Of a DNA stretch of 64,000 nucleotides, positions 9,238 through 18,080 are shown piece by piece. Below the pieces are notes generated by a model, which was given only the letters and a program-made list of their open reading frames with translations, was not told the DNA's origin and made no database searches. A program made the position numbers and the translations under genes. The stretch comes from Methanomassiliicoccales archaeon (GTDB taxonomy: Archaea > Thermoplasmatota > Thermoplasmata > Methanomassiliicoccales > UBA472), in the NCBI GenBank assembly GCA_026394395.1, contig JAPKYK010000002.1:183653-247652 (forward strand), written 5' to 3'. The number at the start of each line of letters is the position of its first letter. Within the stretch, counting starts at the first letter, position 1.

Positions 9238-10299
9238 TCAGAGGAGCTTCCTAGCCACGGCCAGTTCCGCGTTGAGCACGGAACCGCCAGCCCCGCCCCT
9301 CAGGGTGTTATGGGAAAGCAACCAGAACTTGATATATCCTTTGCTCTCGCGCACCCGACCGACGGAAACGGCCATGCCCCTGGCCCTCTCCGGCTCGCCG
9401 GCCAAAGCGTCGGCGGCCGGCTGCGGGCGGTTCTCCTCCTTCCGTACAATGATGGGATGAACAGGCGCGGTGGGCAGCTTGAGCTTCTGCGGCTCCGGTC
9501 TGAAGGCCTCCAGGACCTTGACCACGTCCTCGGCCGACCCATTCTTACCCAGCTTGATCACCACGGACTCCAGATGACCGTCGACCACCGGCACGCGGGC
9601 GCAGCTGGCCACCATGTCGAAGTCGGCGTACTTGACCTTCTTTCCGTCCAGCTTGCCCAGCATCTTGTAGATCTCGGCCTCCATCTTCTCCTCTTCGTTC
9701 TTGATGAAGGGGACCACGTTGCCGAGAATATCCAGGGACGGCACGCCGGGGTAACCAGCGCCGGAGACCGCTTGGTAAGTGGATACGTAGCAGGCCTTCA
9801 GCCCGAACTTCTGGTAGATGGCCTGCAGCGGGACGGCCAGGCCGGTGGTGGAGCAGTTGGCGTTGGTCACGATGTAACCGCCGTTGGCGAACGTGGACTG
9901 CGTGCGCACCAGTTCCAGATGGTCCGGGTTGACCTCTGGTATGAGCAACGGAACGTCGTCGCGCATGCGGTGGGAGGCGGCGTTGGAGAACACGGCTACA
10001 CCTACATCCGCCAAAGCGGACTCGGTGTCCTTGGCCACCTCGGTGGGCAGGCCGGAGAAGGCCGCCCGGCAACGCTTGGATATGGCCTTGGGCTCCAGCT
10101 GTTCGATCTTCAGGTCCAGGGTGTCCGGCTTGAAGCGCACGTCCTTGACCTTCAGCACCTCGCTGAGCGACTTCCCCTCCGACCGTTCGGAAGCGTAGAG
10201 GCCGCCTATCTCGAAGTAGGGATGGTCCTCCAACAGCTGCACGAACCTTTGTCCGATCATTCCTGTGGCGCCTAGTACGGCCACATTTATCTTCTTCAT
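9238..10299 (-). CDS. asd: Aspartate-semialdehyde dehydrogenase
   Basis: The real start is ATG 10299 (MKKINVAVLGATGMIGQRF, Rossmann GxxGxxG); the track ORF is over-extended to 10782. Contains the NANCSTTG active-site Cys motif. ATGA overlap with the tyrA stop. Confidence 0.92.
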   Translation of the reverse strand: MKKINVAVLGATGMIGQRFVQLLEDHPYFEIGGLYASERSEGKSLSEVLKVKDVRFKPDTLDLKIEQLEPKAISKRCRAAFSGLPTEVAKDTESALADVGVAVFSNAASHRMRDDVPLLIPEVNPDHLELVRTQSTFANGGYIVTNANCSTTGLAVPLQAIYQKFGLKACYVSTYQAVSGAGYPGVPSLDILGNVVPFIKNEEEKMEAEIYKMLGKLDGKKVKYADFDMVASCARVPVVDGHLESVVIKLGKNGSAEDVVKVLEAFRPEPQKLKLPTAPVHPIIVRKEENRPQPAADALAGEPERARGMAVSVGRVRESKGYIKFWLLSHNTLRGGAGGSVLNAELAVARKLL

Positions 10300-11375
10300 T
10301 GCTTCACCTCGAAATACTTCCTTCCTTCCTGCATGATCCTGATCAAGTGGGACCGGTCCTCGTCCGTGCCGGCCTCCTGCACTTCCCTCAGGGCGGAGAT
10401 GAACGCATCCAGCACATCCTGGTTGTATGGGTTCAGATGCTGGATCTCGTAGTAAAGGTTGGGGCTCTCCCGGGCCACGCTGCTGCTGGTGTTCATCTGC
10501 CTCTCGAACGTGGTGGAGGACACTCTCTTGAGCTCCTCGAAACCGAAGTCGCTGTGGCGTAGGGCCTCGAAGAACGCCAAGTTCAGGGCATGGCTCATCC
10601 CCAGCACCACGGCTATGTACTTGTCGTGGTCCTCCAACGGCATCTGGATGACGTTGGCACCGGTGCCGTTCAGCAAGGGCATGAACTTGTTGACGGCGGC
10701 GTCCGAGCCGCAATCGCACACTATCAGGTTCCGGGCAAATATGAAGGAGGCGCTGGGGCCGAACATCGGATGGATGGAGCACACCAGCAAGCCTTGGTCC
10801 GCCCCTTCCTTGAGGACCTCGATCAGCGGCGACTTCACCGAGGCGATGTCGAAGACCAGCCCCTTGGGCTTCAGCTTGAATATCTGGCGCAGCATGTCCG
10901 CGGTGGCGGAGATGTGCGAGGACACGGCGATCACGTCCGCTTCCTTGACCCCCTTCTCCAGCGACGTAACGTTGGGGAACGACTTGCCGGGAAGGGTATC
11001 GAACACCTTGACCTCATGGCCGCGGGAGGAGAAGAAGCGGCACAGCCACTGTCCCATGGCGCCACCGCCGCCCACCACCAGCACCTTGCGCGGCTTCATT
11101 TGTCTGGGTAAACGGGCCTGGGCCTCTACCGATTCACGCACTATCAGCGAGGAAAGCTCGATGGCCGCCGCATCGCTGATGCCCACATCTTTGGCCCTGG
11201 CGAGATATCTGTCGCGGACCTGCTCCTCGACGCGGATGTCCCTAACGGGCATTTCCTTCTCCACCTTGTGATGCCCCATGGCCAGGGCTATGCTCATACG
11301 CTTCTTGATCAGGTCCAGTATCTCGTTGTCGATCTCCTCGATCTTCCACCGGATGCCTTCCACACTATCAGTCAA
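10296..11375 (-). CDS. tyrA: Bifunctional chorismate mutase / prephenate dehydrogenase
   Basis: 359 aa. The N-terminal ~90 aa is an AroQ-type CM helix bundle (IRWKIEEIDNEILDLIKKRM). It is followed by VLVVGGGGAMGQW (Rossmann) and the prephenate dehydrogenase core (HPMFGP). Confidence 0.85.
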   Translation of the reverse strand: MTDSVEGIRWKIEEIDNEILDLIKKRMSIALAMGHHKVEKEMPVRDIRVEEQVRDRYLARAKDVGISDAAAIELSSLIVRESVEAQARLPRQMKPRKVLVVGGGGAMGQWLCRFFSSRGHEVKVFDTLPGKSFPNVTSLEKGVKEADVIAVSSHISATADMLRQIFKLKPKGLVFDIASVKSPLIEVLKEGADQGLLVCSIHPMFGPSASFIFARNLIVCDCGSDAAVNKFMPLLNGTGANVIQMPLEDHDKYIAVVLGMSHALNLAFFEALRHSDFGFEELKRVSSTTFERQMNTSSSVARESPNLYYEIQHLNPYNQDVLDAFISALREVQEAGTDEDRSHLIRIMQEGRKYFEVKQ

Positions 11376-12441
11376 CTACACCACCTCTCATGCTCAGGTC
11401 GGCCAGGACCAGGGCGGCCGCGGCCTCCACCACGGGCACGGCCCGCGGCGCTATGCAAGGGTCATGTCGTCCCTCTATTTTTAGCTCCGTCTGCTTCCCG
11501 CTCTTAACGTTCAGCGACCGCTGCCCCTTGGCTATGGAGGCGGTCGGCTTGATGGCCACGCGGAAGACCACCGGCATGCCGTTGGTTATCCCGCCGAGAA
11601 TGCCGCCGGCGTCGTTCTTGGACGTTCTTACCTTCCCGTCCACCAGCACGAAGGGGTCGTTGTGCTGCGAGCCCCTCATCCCTGCGGCGGCGAACCCTGA
11701 CCCGAACTCGATGCCCTTGACCCCGGGCACGGCGAAAACGAGCTTAGCCAGCTCTCCCTCCACGGTGTCGAAGAACGGTTCTCCTAATCCCATGGGCAGG
11801 CCGTCTACGATGCATTCCACCACCCCGCCCACGCTGTCCCCATCCTCCTTGGCCCGGAGGATCTCCTCCTTCATCCGGTCGGCGACGTCGGCGGAAGCTG
11901 CCCGCACCTCGTTGGAACGGGAGAGCATCGCTTCGGTGACGCTCCTTTCCTCCTGGTCCCGTACGGTTCCCACCTGTTTCAGGTAGGCGGCCACGCGCAC
12001 CCCGCGCTCCTCCAGCAGCATCTTGGCTATGGCCCCGGCGGCCACCAGCGCCACGGTCATGCGGCCGGAGAACTGCCCCCCGCCCCGCAGGTCCGCGCAC
12101 TCCGAGTACTTGGAGCGGGCGGTGAGGTCGGCATGCCCCGGACGGGGGACCTGCTTGAACTTCTCGTACTTGCTGGAATCGATGTCCCGGTTCACCACCA
12201 TCAGGGTGATGGGGGCGCCGGTGCTCTTGCCCTCCAATATTCCGGAGACCACCTCTACCTTGTCCTCCTCGGCCCTTGGCGTGCCGATGCCCGCCGACGG
12301 CTTCCGTAGGTCGACCTCGTTCTGTATGCGGATGGGATCGATCGACATGCCCGGTGGGACCCCGTCCAGCACCGCGCCGACGCACGGTCCGTGGCTGGCG
12401 CCGAACAGGGTCAAGCGCAATTCGCTGCCAATGGTGTTCAC
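11368..12441 (-). CDS. aroC: Chorismate synthase
   Basis: 357 aa; LRLTLFGASHGPCVG, RPGHAD and GRHDPC are chorismate synthase signatures. Confidence 0.93.
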   Translation of the reverse strand: MNTIGSELRLTLFGASHGPCVGAVLDGVPPGMSIDPIRIQNEVDLRKPSAGIGTPRAEEDKVEVVSGILEGKSTGAPITLMVVNRDIDSSKYEKFKQVPRPGHADLTARSKYSECADLRGGGQFSGRMTVALVAAGAIAKMLLEERGVRVAAYLKQVGTVRDQEERSVTEAMLSRSNEVRAASADVADRMKEEILRAKEDGDSVGGVVECIVDGLPMGLGEPFFDTVEGELAKLVFAVPGVKGIEFGSGFAAAGMRGSQHNDPFVLVDGKVRTSKNDAGGILGGITNGMPVVFRVAIKPTASIAKGQRSLNVKSGKQTELKIEGRHDPCIAPRAVPVVEAAAALVLADLSMRGGVVD

Positions 12442-13703
12442 GGTATCATCTCCAGCTTGGCCCCCAGCGACCTCATGTCTTGCACAAAGTCCGGGTAGGA
12501 TATGCGGTGGCAGTCGCCATCGTTTATGATCGTCTCGCCGTCCGCCACCAGGGCGGCCACCGCCGCGGCCATCAGTATGCGGTGGTCGTTGAACGAGTTG
12601 ACGCGCGCGCCCCGGAGCTTGGTCCCGCCCCGGACCACACAGCCGTCCTCCGTCTCCTTCACCTCCGCGCCCATGTCCCTCAGGAAGGCGGTGGTGGCGG
12701 CGATGCGGTCGCTCTCCTTCAGGCGCACGTGGGCCGCGTTGGTAATATGGCTCTCTCCTTTGGCCTGGGTGCAGAGCACGGTCACGATGGGGAAGAGGTC
12801 TGGGGCGTCGCCCAGGTCTATCTCCATCCCCCTCAATTCTCCGCGAGCGCAGCGCAGGTCGTTACCCTCCCAGCGGACCTCCGCCCCCAATCCTTTAAGG
12901 ATGTCCAGAAAGGAACGATCGCCCTGCCTGTCTTTAGGATCTAAGTTCTTCACGGTGACCTGGCCGGTGAGCGCGGCCGCCGCCAACGGGAACGCCGCCG
13001 AGGAGAAGTCCCCGGGGACGGTGTAGTCCTGGGGTCGGTACCTCTGGCCTCCGGGGACGATGAATCCGTCGGCGGTGCTCTGGCATTTAACGCCGAAACG
13101 CGTCATCATCTCCATGGTTATGTCCACATAAGGCCGGGACTTGAGCGGGGTGGTCAGGTGAATGGTAGTATCCACATCCTTGACCGCCGAGGATATCAGT
13201 AACGAGGAGATGAACTGGGAACTGACGTCCCCGCGTATGCTGGTCTCCTTTCCCTTGTTGGGTCCTTGGACCATCAGGGGGGCCAGCCCGTTGCCGCGGG
13301 TGGACTCGCATCGCACGCCCAGGCCGATCAGCGCCTCGATCAGGGGCTGCATCGGTCGCCGTCTAACGCTCTCGTCGCCGGTGAGCACGGTGGTGCATGA
13401 TAGCAGCGAAGCCACCCCGGCCATCAGCCGTATGGTGGTCCCGGAGTTCTTGGCGTCGACGATGCCGTCAGGGCATCTCAGCCGCCCGCCGGTTATCTCC
13501 AGGTCCGTACGCTCCTCGACCAACCCTCCGAAGGCCTTCACCGCCTCCAGCGTGGCCAGCGTGTCCTCGCCTCGCAGCGGGCGATGCAGGACGCTCCGGC
13601 CCTCCGCCAGCAGGGACAGGGTCATGGCCCGGTGGGTGTAGCTCTTGGACGGCGAGGAGACGACCTCCCCTTCCGTCCTGGACCTAATGACCTTCAGCAT
13701 CAT
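12438..13703 (-). CDS. aroA: 3-phosphoshikimate 1-carboxyvinyltransferase (EPSP synthase)
   Basis: The real start is ATGATG 13703 (MMLKVIRSRTEGEVVSSPSKSYTHRAM...); the track ORF is over-extended to 14099. Contains LKESDR and NDHRI motifs. ATGA overlaps at both ends. Confidence 0.92.
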   Translation of the reverse strand: MMLKVIRSRTEGEVVSSPSKSYTHRAMTLSLLAEGRSVLHRPLRGEDTLATLEAVKAFGGLVEERTDLEITGGRLRCPDGIVDAKNSGTTIRLMAGVASLLSCTTVLTGDESVRRRPMQPLIEALIGLGVRCESTRGNGLAPLMVQGPNKGKETSIRGDVSSQFISSLLISSAVKDVDTTIHLTTPLKSRPYVDITMEMMTRFGVKCQSTADGFIVPGGQRYRPQDYTVPGDFSSAAFPLAAAALTGQVTVKNLDPKDRQGDRSFLDILKGLGAEVRWEGNDLRCARGELRGMEIDLGDAPDLFPIVTVLCTQAKGESHITNAAHVRLKESDRIAATTAFLRDMGAEVKETEDGCVVRGGTKLRGARVNSFNDHRILMAAAVAALVADGETIINDGDCHRISYPDFVQDMRSLGAKLEMIP

Positions 13704-14539
13704 ATCGGCTCCCCCTGGAACACGTCCACGGCCAGGGCCCCGGGGCCCATGGCCTCGATGACCTTCTTCTCCCTGGTCGCGCCCACGAAGGCGGCCACCG
13801 CCGGCCCGGTGCCGGATATGCCCGCCCCGATGGCCCCGGCCTTCATAGCCTGTATAGTCAGGTCCTGGTCCAGACCTAGCGCCGCTCCATAGCACAGGCC
13901 GTTTAGGAACATGGCATCGAGGTAATGCCGGTTCCAGGCCATCTCGAAGGCCTTCTCCACCATGGGCTTGTAGACGGCGATGCGGTCCCGGGGCAGGTCC
14001 GCCTTGCGGATCATGCGCTCCGGCACGCCGATGACCACCCTCGGGCTGAGGGTCCACTTCTCCCTCCTCAGCAGCTTGCGGCGGAGGTTGTCGGTGCACA
14101 CCACCCCACCCAACAAAGAAGCGGCGGCGTCGTCCATGGACCCGGTGACCGAGACCCCGGCGGCCACGGAGATGTCGGCGTTCATGCGCAGCACCTCCAG
14201 GTAGCCCATCTTCTCCCCCAGGGCGTCCAGGGTGGCCAGTATCACCGCGTTGGCCGCGGCGCTGCTGCTCTTGAGCCCCCGGGAGACCGGGATCTGAGAG
14301 CCAGAGCGGACCTTGGCCTTCATCCTCCGCGAGAAATGGTCCATGACCGCGTTGGCGCAGGAACTGACCAGCTTGGTCGGTTCGTTGGGCAGCCCTTCCA
14401 TGACCACCTCTACCCCTTCACCGGGTGAAAGCTCCACCTCGGCCCAGGTGCGCAGATCTACGCCGACCGCGCAGCCCTTGCCGGCGGCGATGGCGTTTAT
14501 TATGGTGACGGCGCCGTGCGCCTCTCCCCTTCCGATCAA
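13700..14539 (-). CDS. aroK: Archaeal-type shikimate kinase (GHMP kinase family)
   Basis: 279 aa with the GHMP motif PVSRGLKSSSAAANA, positioned between aroA and aroDE. Confidence 0.85.
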   Translation of the reverse strand: MIGRGEAHGAVTIINAIAAGKGCAVGVDLRTWAEVELSPGEGVEVVMEGLPNEPTKLVSSCANAVMDHFSRRMKAKVRSGSQIPVSRGLKSSSAAANAVILATLDALGEKMGYLEVLRMNADISVAAGVSVTGSMDDAAASLLGGVVCTDNLRRKLLRREKWTLSPRVVIGVPERMIRKADLPRDRIAVYKPMVEKAFEMAWNRHYLDAMFLNGLCYGAALGLDQDLTIQAMKAGAIGAGISGTGPAVAAFVGATREKKVIEAMGPGALAVDVFQGEPI

Positions 14540-15996
14540 GGCAGCGCCTCCCGGAAGGCCTGCTCCATGACTTCGTACTCGGCGGCCTTTCCGGTCCAGA
14601 GCTCGAAGGAGGCCAGGGCCTGATAGATGAGCATGTCCTTGCCGCTTACCGCCACCGCTCCCTTGCGCGAGGCCTCGGCCAGCAGCGGCGTCACCGCTGG
14701 ATTGTATACGATATCCATGACGAACTGCCCCTCTCGCAGCGAGTGCGGGGAGATGGGCATCTCCATGGGGAACCCCTTCATTCCGAGGGGGGTGCAGTTC
14801 ACGATGATGTCGTACTGCTTCTCCTCGGCGATGGGACGGCCGACGGCCGAAACGCCGTCGAAGGCCTTGGACAGGGACTCGGCCTTGCCCATGGTGCGGT
14901 TGGTGATGTCCACCTCCGCTCCCTTGGACGTGAGGTAGGCCAGGACGGAGCGGGACGCGCCTCCGGCGCCCAGCACCAAGGCCATCTTGTCCTTGGGGTC
15001 CACGCCGTTCCTCTCGAAGGTCCTCTCCACCCCGATCACGTCGGTGTTGCGCCCCACCAGGTTCCCGTCCTCGTTGACCACGGTGTTCACCGCCCCGATC
15101 CTCTCGGCCAACGGGTCGACCCGGTCCAGGAAGGGAATGATGGTCTCCTTGTGCGGGATGGTGACGTTGAAACCTTTTATGCCGAGGGCGTCCGCCACGC
15201 CCAGCAGGTCCTCCAGCTCATCGTTCAAAGTGACCCACTTGAGATAGATGCCCTTGATCCCCAAGGAGCGGAAGGCGGCGTTGTGCAGCTGCGGCGACAC
15301 GGAGTGGTCCAGGGGATATCCGATTATCCCGGTGACCAGCGGCTCCTTTCCCAGCCACTTCATGGTCTCCAGGTCGAGCTGGCCCGGGGCGGTCTCCTTA
15401 CCTGCGGACACGGAAGCATAGGTGAGAACACTGTCCAGCCGGTACGCCAGCACCCGGGTGACCGTGCCCAGCTCGCCCATGCCGATGACCGTGAAGCGCT
15501 CCCGGCTCAGGTCGAACCACATGGCCGCCTCCACCAGCTGTGCCATGTCGTGCATCGTCCGTACATTGAAGGCCGCCTTGGCCATGTCCGCCCGCGCCGA
15601 GCACTCCACCAGGGTCTCGATGATCTTTCCTATGGAGGGCGTCATCTTCAGGTCGTGATAGGAGATGATGACCTTGGACGGTTTCAGCAGGTGCGCTCGC
15701 ATCACGAGGGGATGACCGAATTCGAGGTCCACGTCGAAACCGGCGTGCGCTGCCCGCCACAGGAATTCCCACTTCTTCTCCAACGGCCCTTCCCAGGCCC
15801 CGCCCTGGTCCTTCTCCCGTAGGGTGGCGATGCGACGAACGTCGAGCTCTTGGAACGGTGCCAGGTCGTCCGGCAGCACGGGCATGGCATCGAAACGGAA
15901 CTCCAGGCACTCAGCTCCTCTGGACACGGCATCCTTCGCCACCGCCAATGCCGAGGTCGCGTCGGCCTCCGATATAGCCACGCATATCCTGGTCAT
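14536..15996 (-). CDS. aroDE: Fused 3-dehydroquinate dehydratase (type I) / shikimate 5-dehydrogenase
   Basis: 486 aa. The N-terminal ~215 aa is AroD-like (CVAI...ECLEFRFD...IISYHD). The C-terminal part is AroE-like (GIIGYPLDHSVSPQLHNAAF, LGAGGASRSV). Confidence 0.88.
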   Translation of the reverse strand: MTRICVAISEADATSALAVAKDAVSRGAECLEFRFDAMPVLPDDLAPFQELDVRRIATLREKDQGGAWEGPLEKKWEFLWRAAHAGFDVDLEFGHPLVMRAHLLKPSKVIISYHDLKMTPSIGKIIETLVECSARADMAKAAFNVRTMHDMAQLVEAAMWFDLSRERFTVIGMGELGTVTRVLAYRLDSVLTYASVSAGKETAPGQLDLETMKWLGKEPLVTGIIGYPLDHSVSPQLHNAAFRSLGIKGIYLKWVTLNDELEDLLGVADALGIKGFNVTIPHKETIIPFLDRVDPLAERIGAVNTVVNEDGNLVGRNTDVIGVERTFERNGVDPKDKMALVLGAGGASRSVLAYLTSKGAEVDITNRTMGKAESLSKAFDGVSAVGRPIAEEKQYDIIVNCTPLGMKGFPMEMPISPHSLREGQFVMDIVYNPAVTPLLAEASRKGAVAVSGKDMLIYQALASFELWTGKAAEYEVMEQAFREALP

Positions 15997-17030
15997 CTTT
16001 CCACTACGCTCTCCTTCACCGCATGCCCGAAATGCCTTCCGCCCTTTTCCAGGCGTACCAGCACCTTGTCGCCCTCTTTAATTTCAGCGACGGATATCGA
16101 ACCATCCTTGCTGCACAACCGAATGGTCTCGGCGTTCTGCAGTATGGTGGTGAAACGCGAACCATCAGCTTCCGCTTCCAGCAGGAGCAGCGGGCGCACT
16201 TCTACCTTAGCGCGTCCGACCACCACCGGCCTAGTGCGACCGGACGAATCCACAGCCAGAAGTTCGGTGCCGCTACCAACCTCCGAAAGGTATTTGGTAC
16301 GTCCGTCCGAACCGAGGACGTAGGCGTGCACCGCCCCGGCGTTGACCCGGAACGGACGGGAGGAAACGTAATGTGAGTCCATGGCCTCGCTCTGGACCAG
16401 GAAAAGGCAGGCGGACTGCGATCCCACCAGCATGCCCTCTCCCACGTTCAGCGTAGAGCAGGTGTCCACGCAGACCCGGTCCCCGATATTTACTGGACGA
16501 ACAGATCTCACCGTGGCCTCGGTCAGCTCTACGTCGGTCACGCCGGAACGTCCGAGGGGGGCGAACAGCCTCAGCTGTGTGGGGTCCTTGACCGTGATAG
16601 CTAGACCGTCCACCCCGCTCTCGAGGGTGGTGGCGAACAGGTTCGCTTCATCTAACGTCGCGCAGGAGGCGATGACCTTGGTGTTGGTCCCCTGGAACTC
16701 GGCGATGAGGTTCTCCAGTGGAATCACTTTCCAGTCATGCGACTCCACCAGCACGTATCCCTGCTTTCCTTTCAGGGTGGCGGCCTTCTCCGCGTCCTTG
16801 TGACTGCGTATGGTCAGTACCACGCCCACCGGCTTTCCGTCGGCGAACAGCTCGTCCCCCCGCCGCACGATAGCGTTGTACCGCCCCACCTTCTGCAGGG
16901 CGGCGTCCTCCTCCCGGAGCACGATGCTGACGTACCCTGATTCCAGGGCGGAGGTCACCATGCGCTTCCTTTCGGCAGCGGAAGGAAGATGGTCGGTCCG
17001 CACCCAGACGATCTTGCCCTTCCCGGACAT
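15993..17030 (-). CDS. aroB': 3-dehydroquinate synthase II (archaeal AroB')
   Basis: 345 aa with no resemblance to bacterial AroB. The sequence type (KIVWVRTD..., ...MLVGSQSACLFLV...) and its position match the MJ1249 family. Confidence 0.8.
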   Translation of the reverse strand: MSGKGKIVWVRTDHLPSAAERKRMVTSALESGYVSIVLREEDAALQKVGRYNAIVRRGDELFADGKPVGVVLTIRSHKDAEKAATLKGKQGYVLVESHDWKVIPLENLIAEFQGTNTKVIASCATLDEANLFATTLESGVDGLAITVKDPTQLRLFAPLGRSGVTDVELTEATVRSVRPVNIGDRVCVDTCSTLNVGEGMLVGSQSACLFLVQSEAMDSHYVSSRPFRVNAGAVHAYVLGSDGRTKYLSEVGSGTELLAVDSSGRTRPVVVGRAKVEVRPLLLLEAEADGSRFTTILQNAETIRLCSKDGSISVAEIKEGDKVLVRLEKGGRHFGHAVKESVVER

Positions 17031-17034
17031 GTTA

Positions 17035-17850
17035 TCACTTCAGTAGTTGCAAGGCCTCTTCGACTTCCATGTCCTCCAGCACGATGCCGCTGACGGCCTT
17101 GGTTATGCCGATCACGTTCTTATGCTGGAAGATGTTCCTTCCGATGGAGACGCCCTTTCCGCCGGCGTCAATGGAGTCGCGCACCATCTGCAGCAATTTC
17201 TCGTCAGAGTCCATCTTGGGCCCGCCAGCGATGACCACCGGCGCCTGTGCTCCCCGCACAACCTCGCGGAAGGAGTCGATATCGCCAGTGTAGCTGGTCT
17301 TGATTATGTCCGCCCCCAGCTCCGCCCCTACGCGGGCGCAGACCTTGATGGCCTCAGCGTCGTAGCCGTCCTTCATGTCCTTGCCCCGGGGATAGATCAT
17401 GACCATCAGGGGCATGCCCCATTCGTTGCAGCGCCTGGAGATGTCCCCGAAGTCGGCTAGCATCTCGTTCTCGTAATCGTTGCCGATGTTGACGTGGATG
17501 GAAACGGCGTCCGCCCCTATCTTGATGGCCTCCTCCACGGTGGTCACCAATATCTTCTGGTCGGTGCGCCGGCTGTACTTGGTGCTGGCCGAGAGGTGCA
17601 CAATCAAGCCAATGTCGCGCCCAAAGGACCGGTGGCTGTAGGGGATGATGCCCTTGTGCAGGACCACCGCGGTGGCCCCTCCCTGGGCCACCTTGTCTAT
17701 GGTCGACCTCATGTCCACTAGTCCTTCGATGGGGCCCTGGGTAATGCCGTGGTCCATGGGGACGATGACCGCCCTCCCGGTGCCCCGGTCCATGATCCGC
17801 TCCATCCTAACGCTCTTGCCTAGCACTTTTTCACCTTCTTGCCGTGTCAA
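17035..17850 (-). CDS. aroA': 2-amino-3,7-dideoxy-D-threo-hept-6-ulosonate (ADH) synthase (archaeal AroA', class I aldolase fold)
   Basis: 271 aa DhnA/FbaB-type aldolase (VIVPMDHG, GADIIKTSYTG with the Schiff-base Lys context). First gene of the aro block. Confidence 0.8.
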   Translation of the reverse strand: MTRQEGEKVLGKSVRMERIMDRGTGRAVIVPMDHGITQGPIEGLVDMRSTIDKVAQGGATAVVLHKGIIPYSHRSFGRDIGLIVHLSASTKYSRRTDQKILVTTVEEAIKIGADAVSIHVNIGNDYENEMLADFGDISRRCNEWGMPLMVMIYPRGKDMKDGYDAEAIKVCARVGAELGADIIKTSYTGDIDSFREVVRGAQAPVVIAGGPKMDSDEKLLQMVRDSIDAGGKGVSIGRNIFQHKNVIGITKAVSGIVLEDMEVEEALQLLK

Positions 17851-18080
17851 TTCTTAGCACGCATATAAGAGTTGCGTCATCTACGCATATGTCAGGCATG
17901 AGATATAAATCACTGGTCGAAGTCCTCGTCCTCTTTCATCATTTCACCTACCCCCGACTTGAAATTTCCGGTGGACGATTTCCATAGTTCGACCGTGATT
18001 CGCCGTTCATTGTTGTTTAACAATACGATACATCGTTGAATGAATTAGGGCATCAATGAGTTTTTATATCCGTCATTCTG

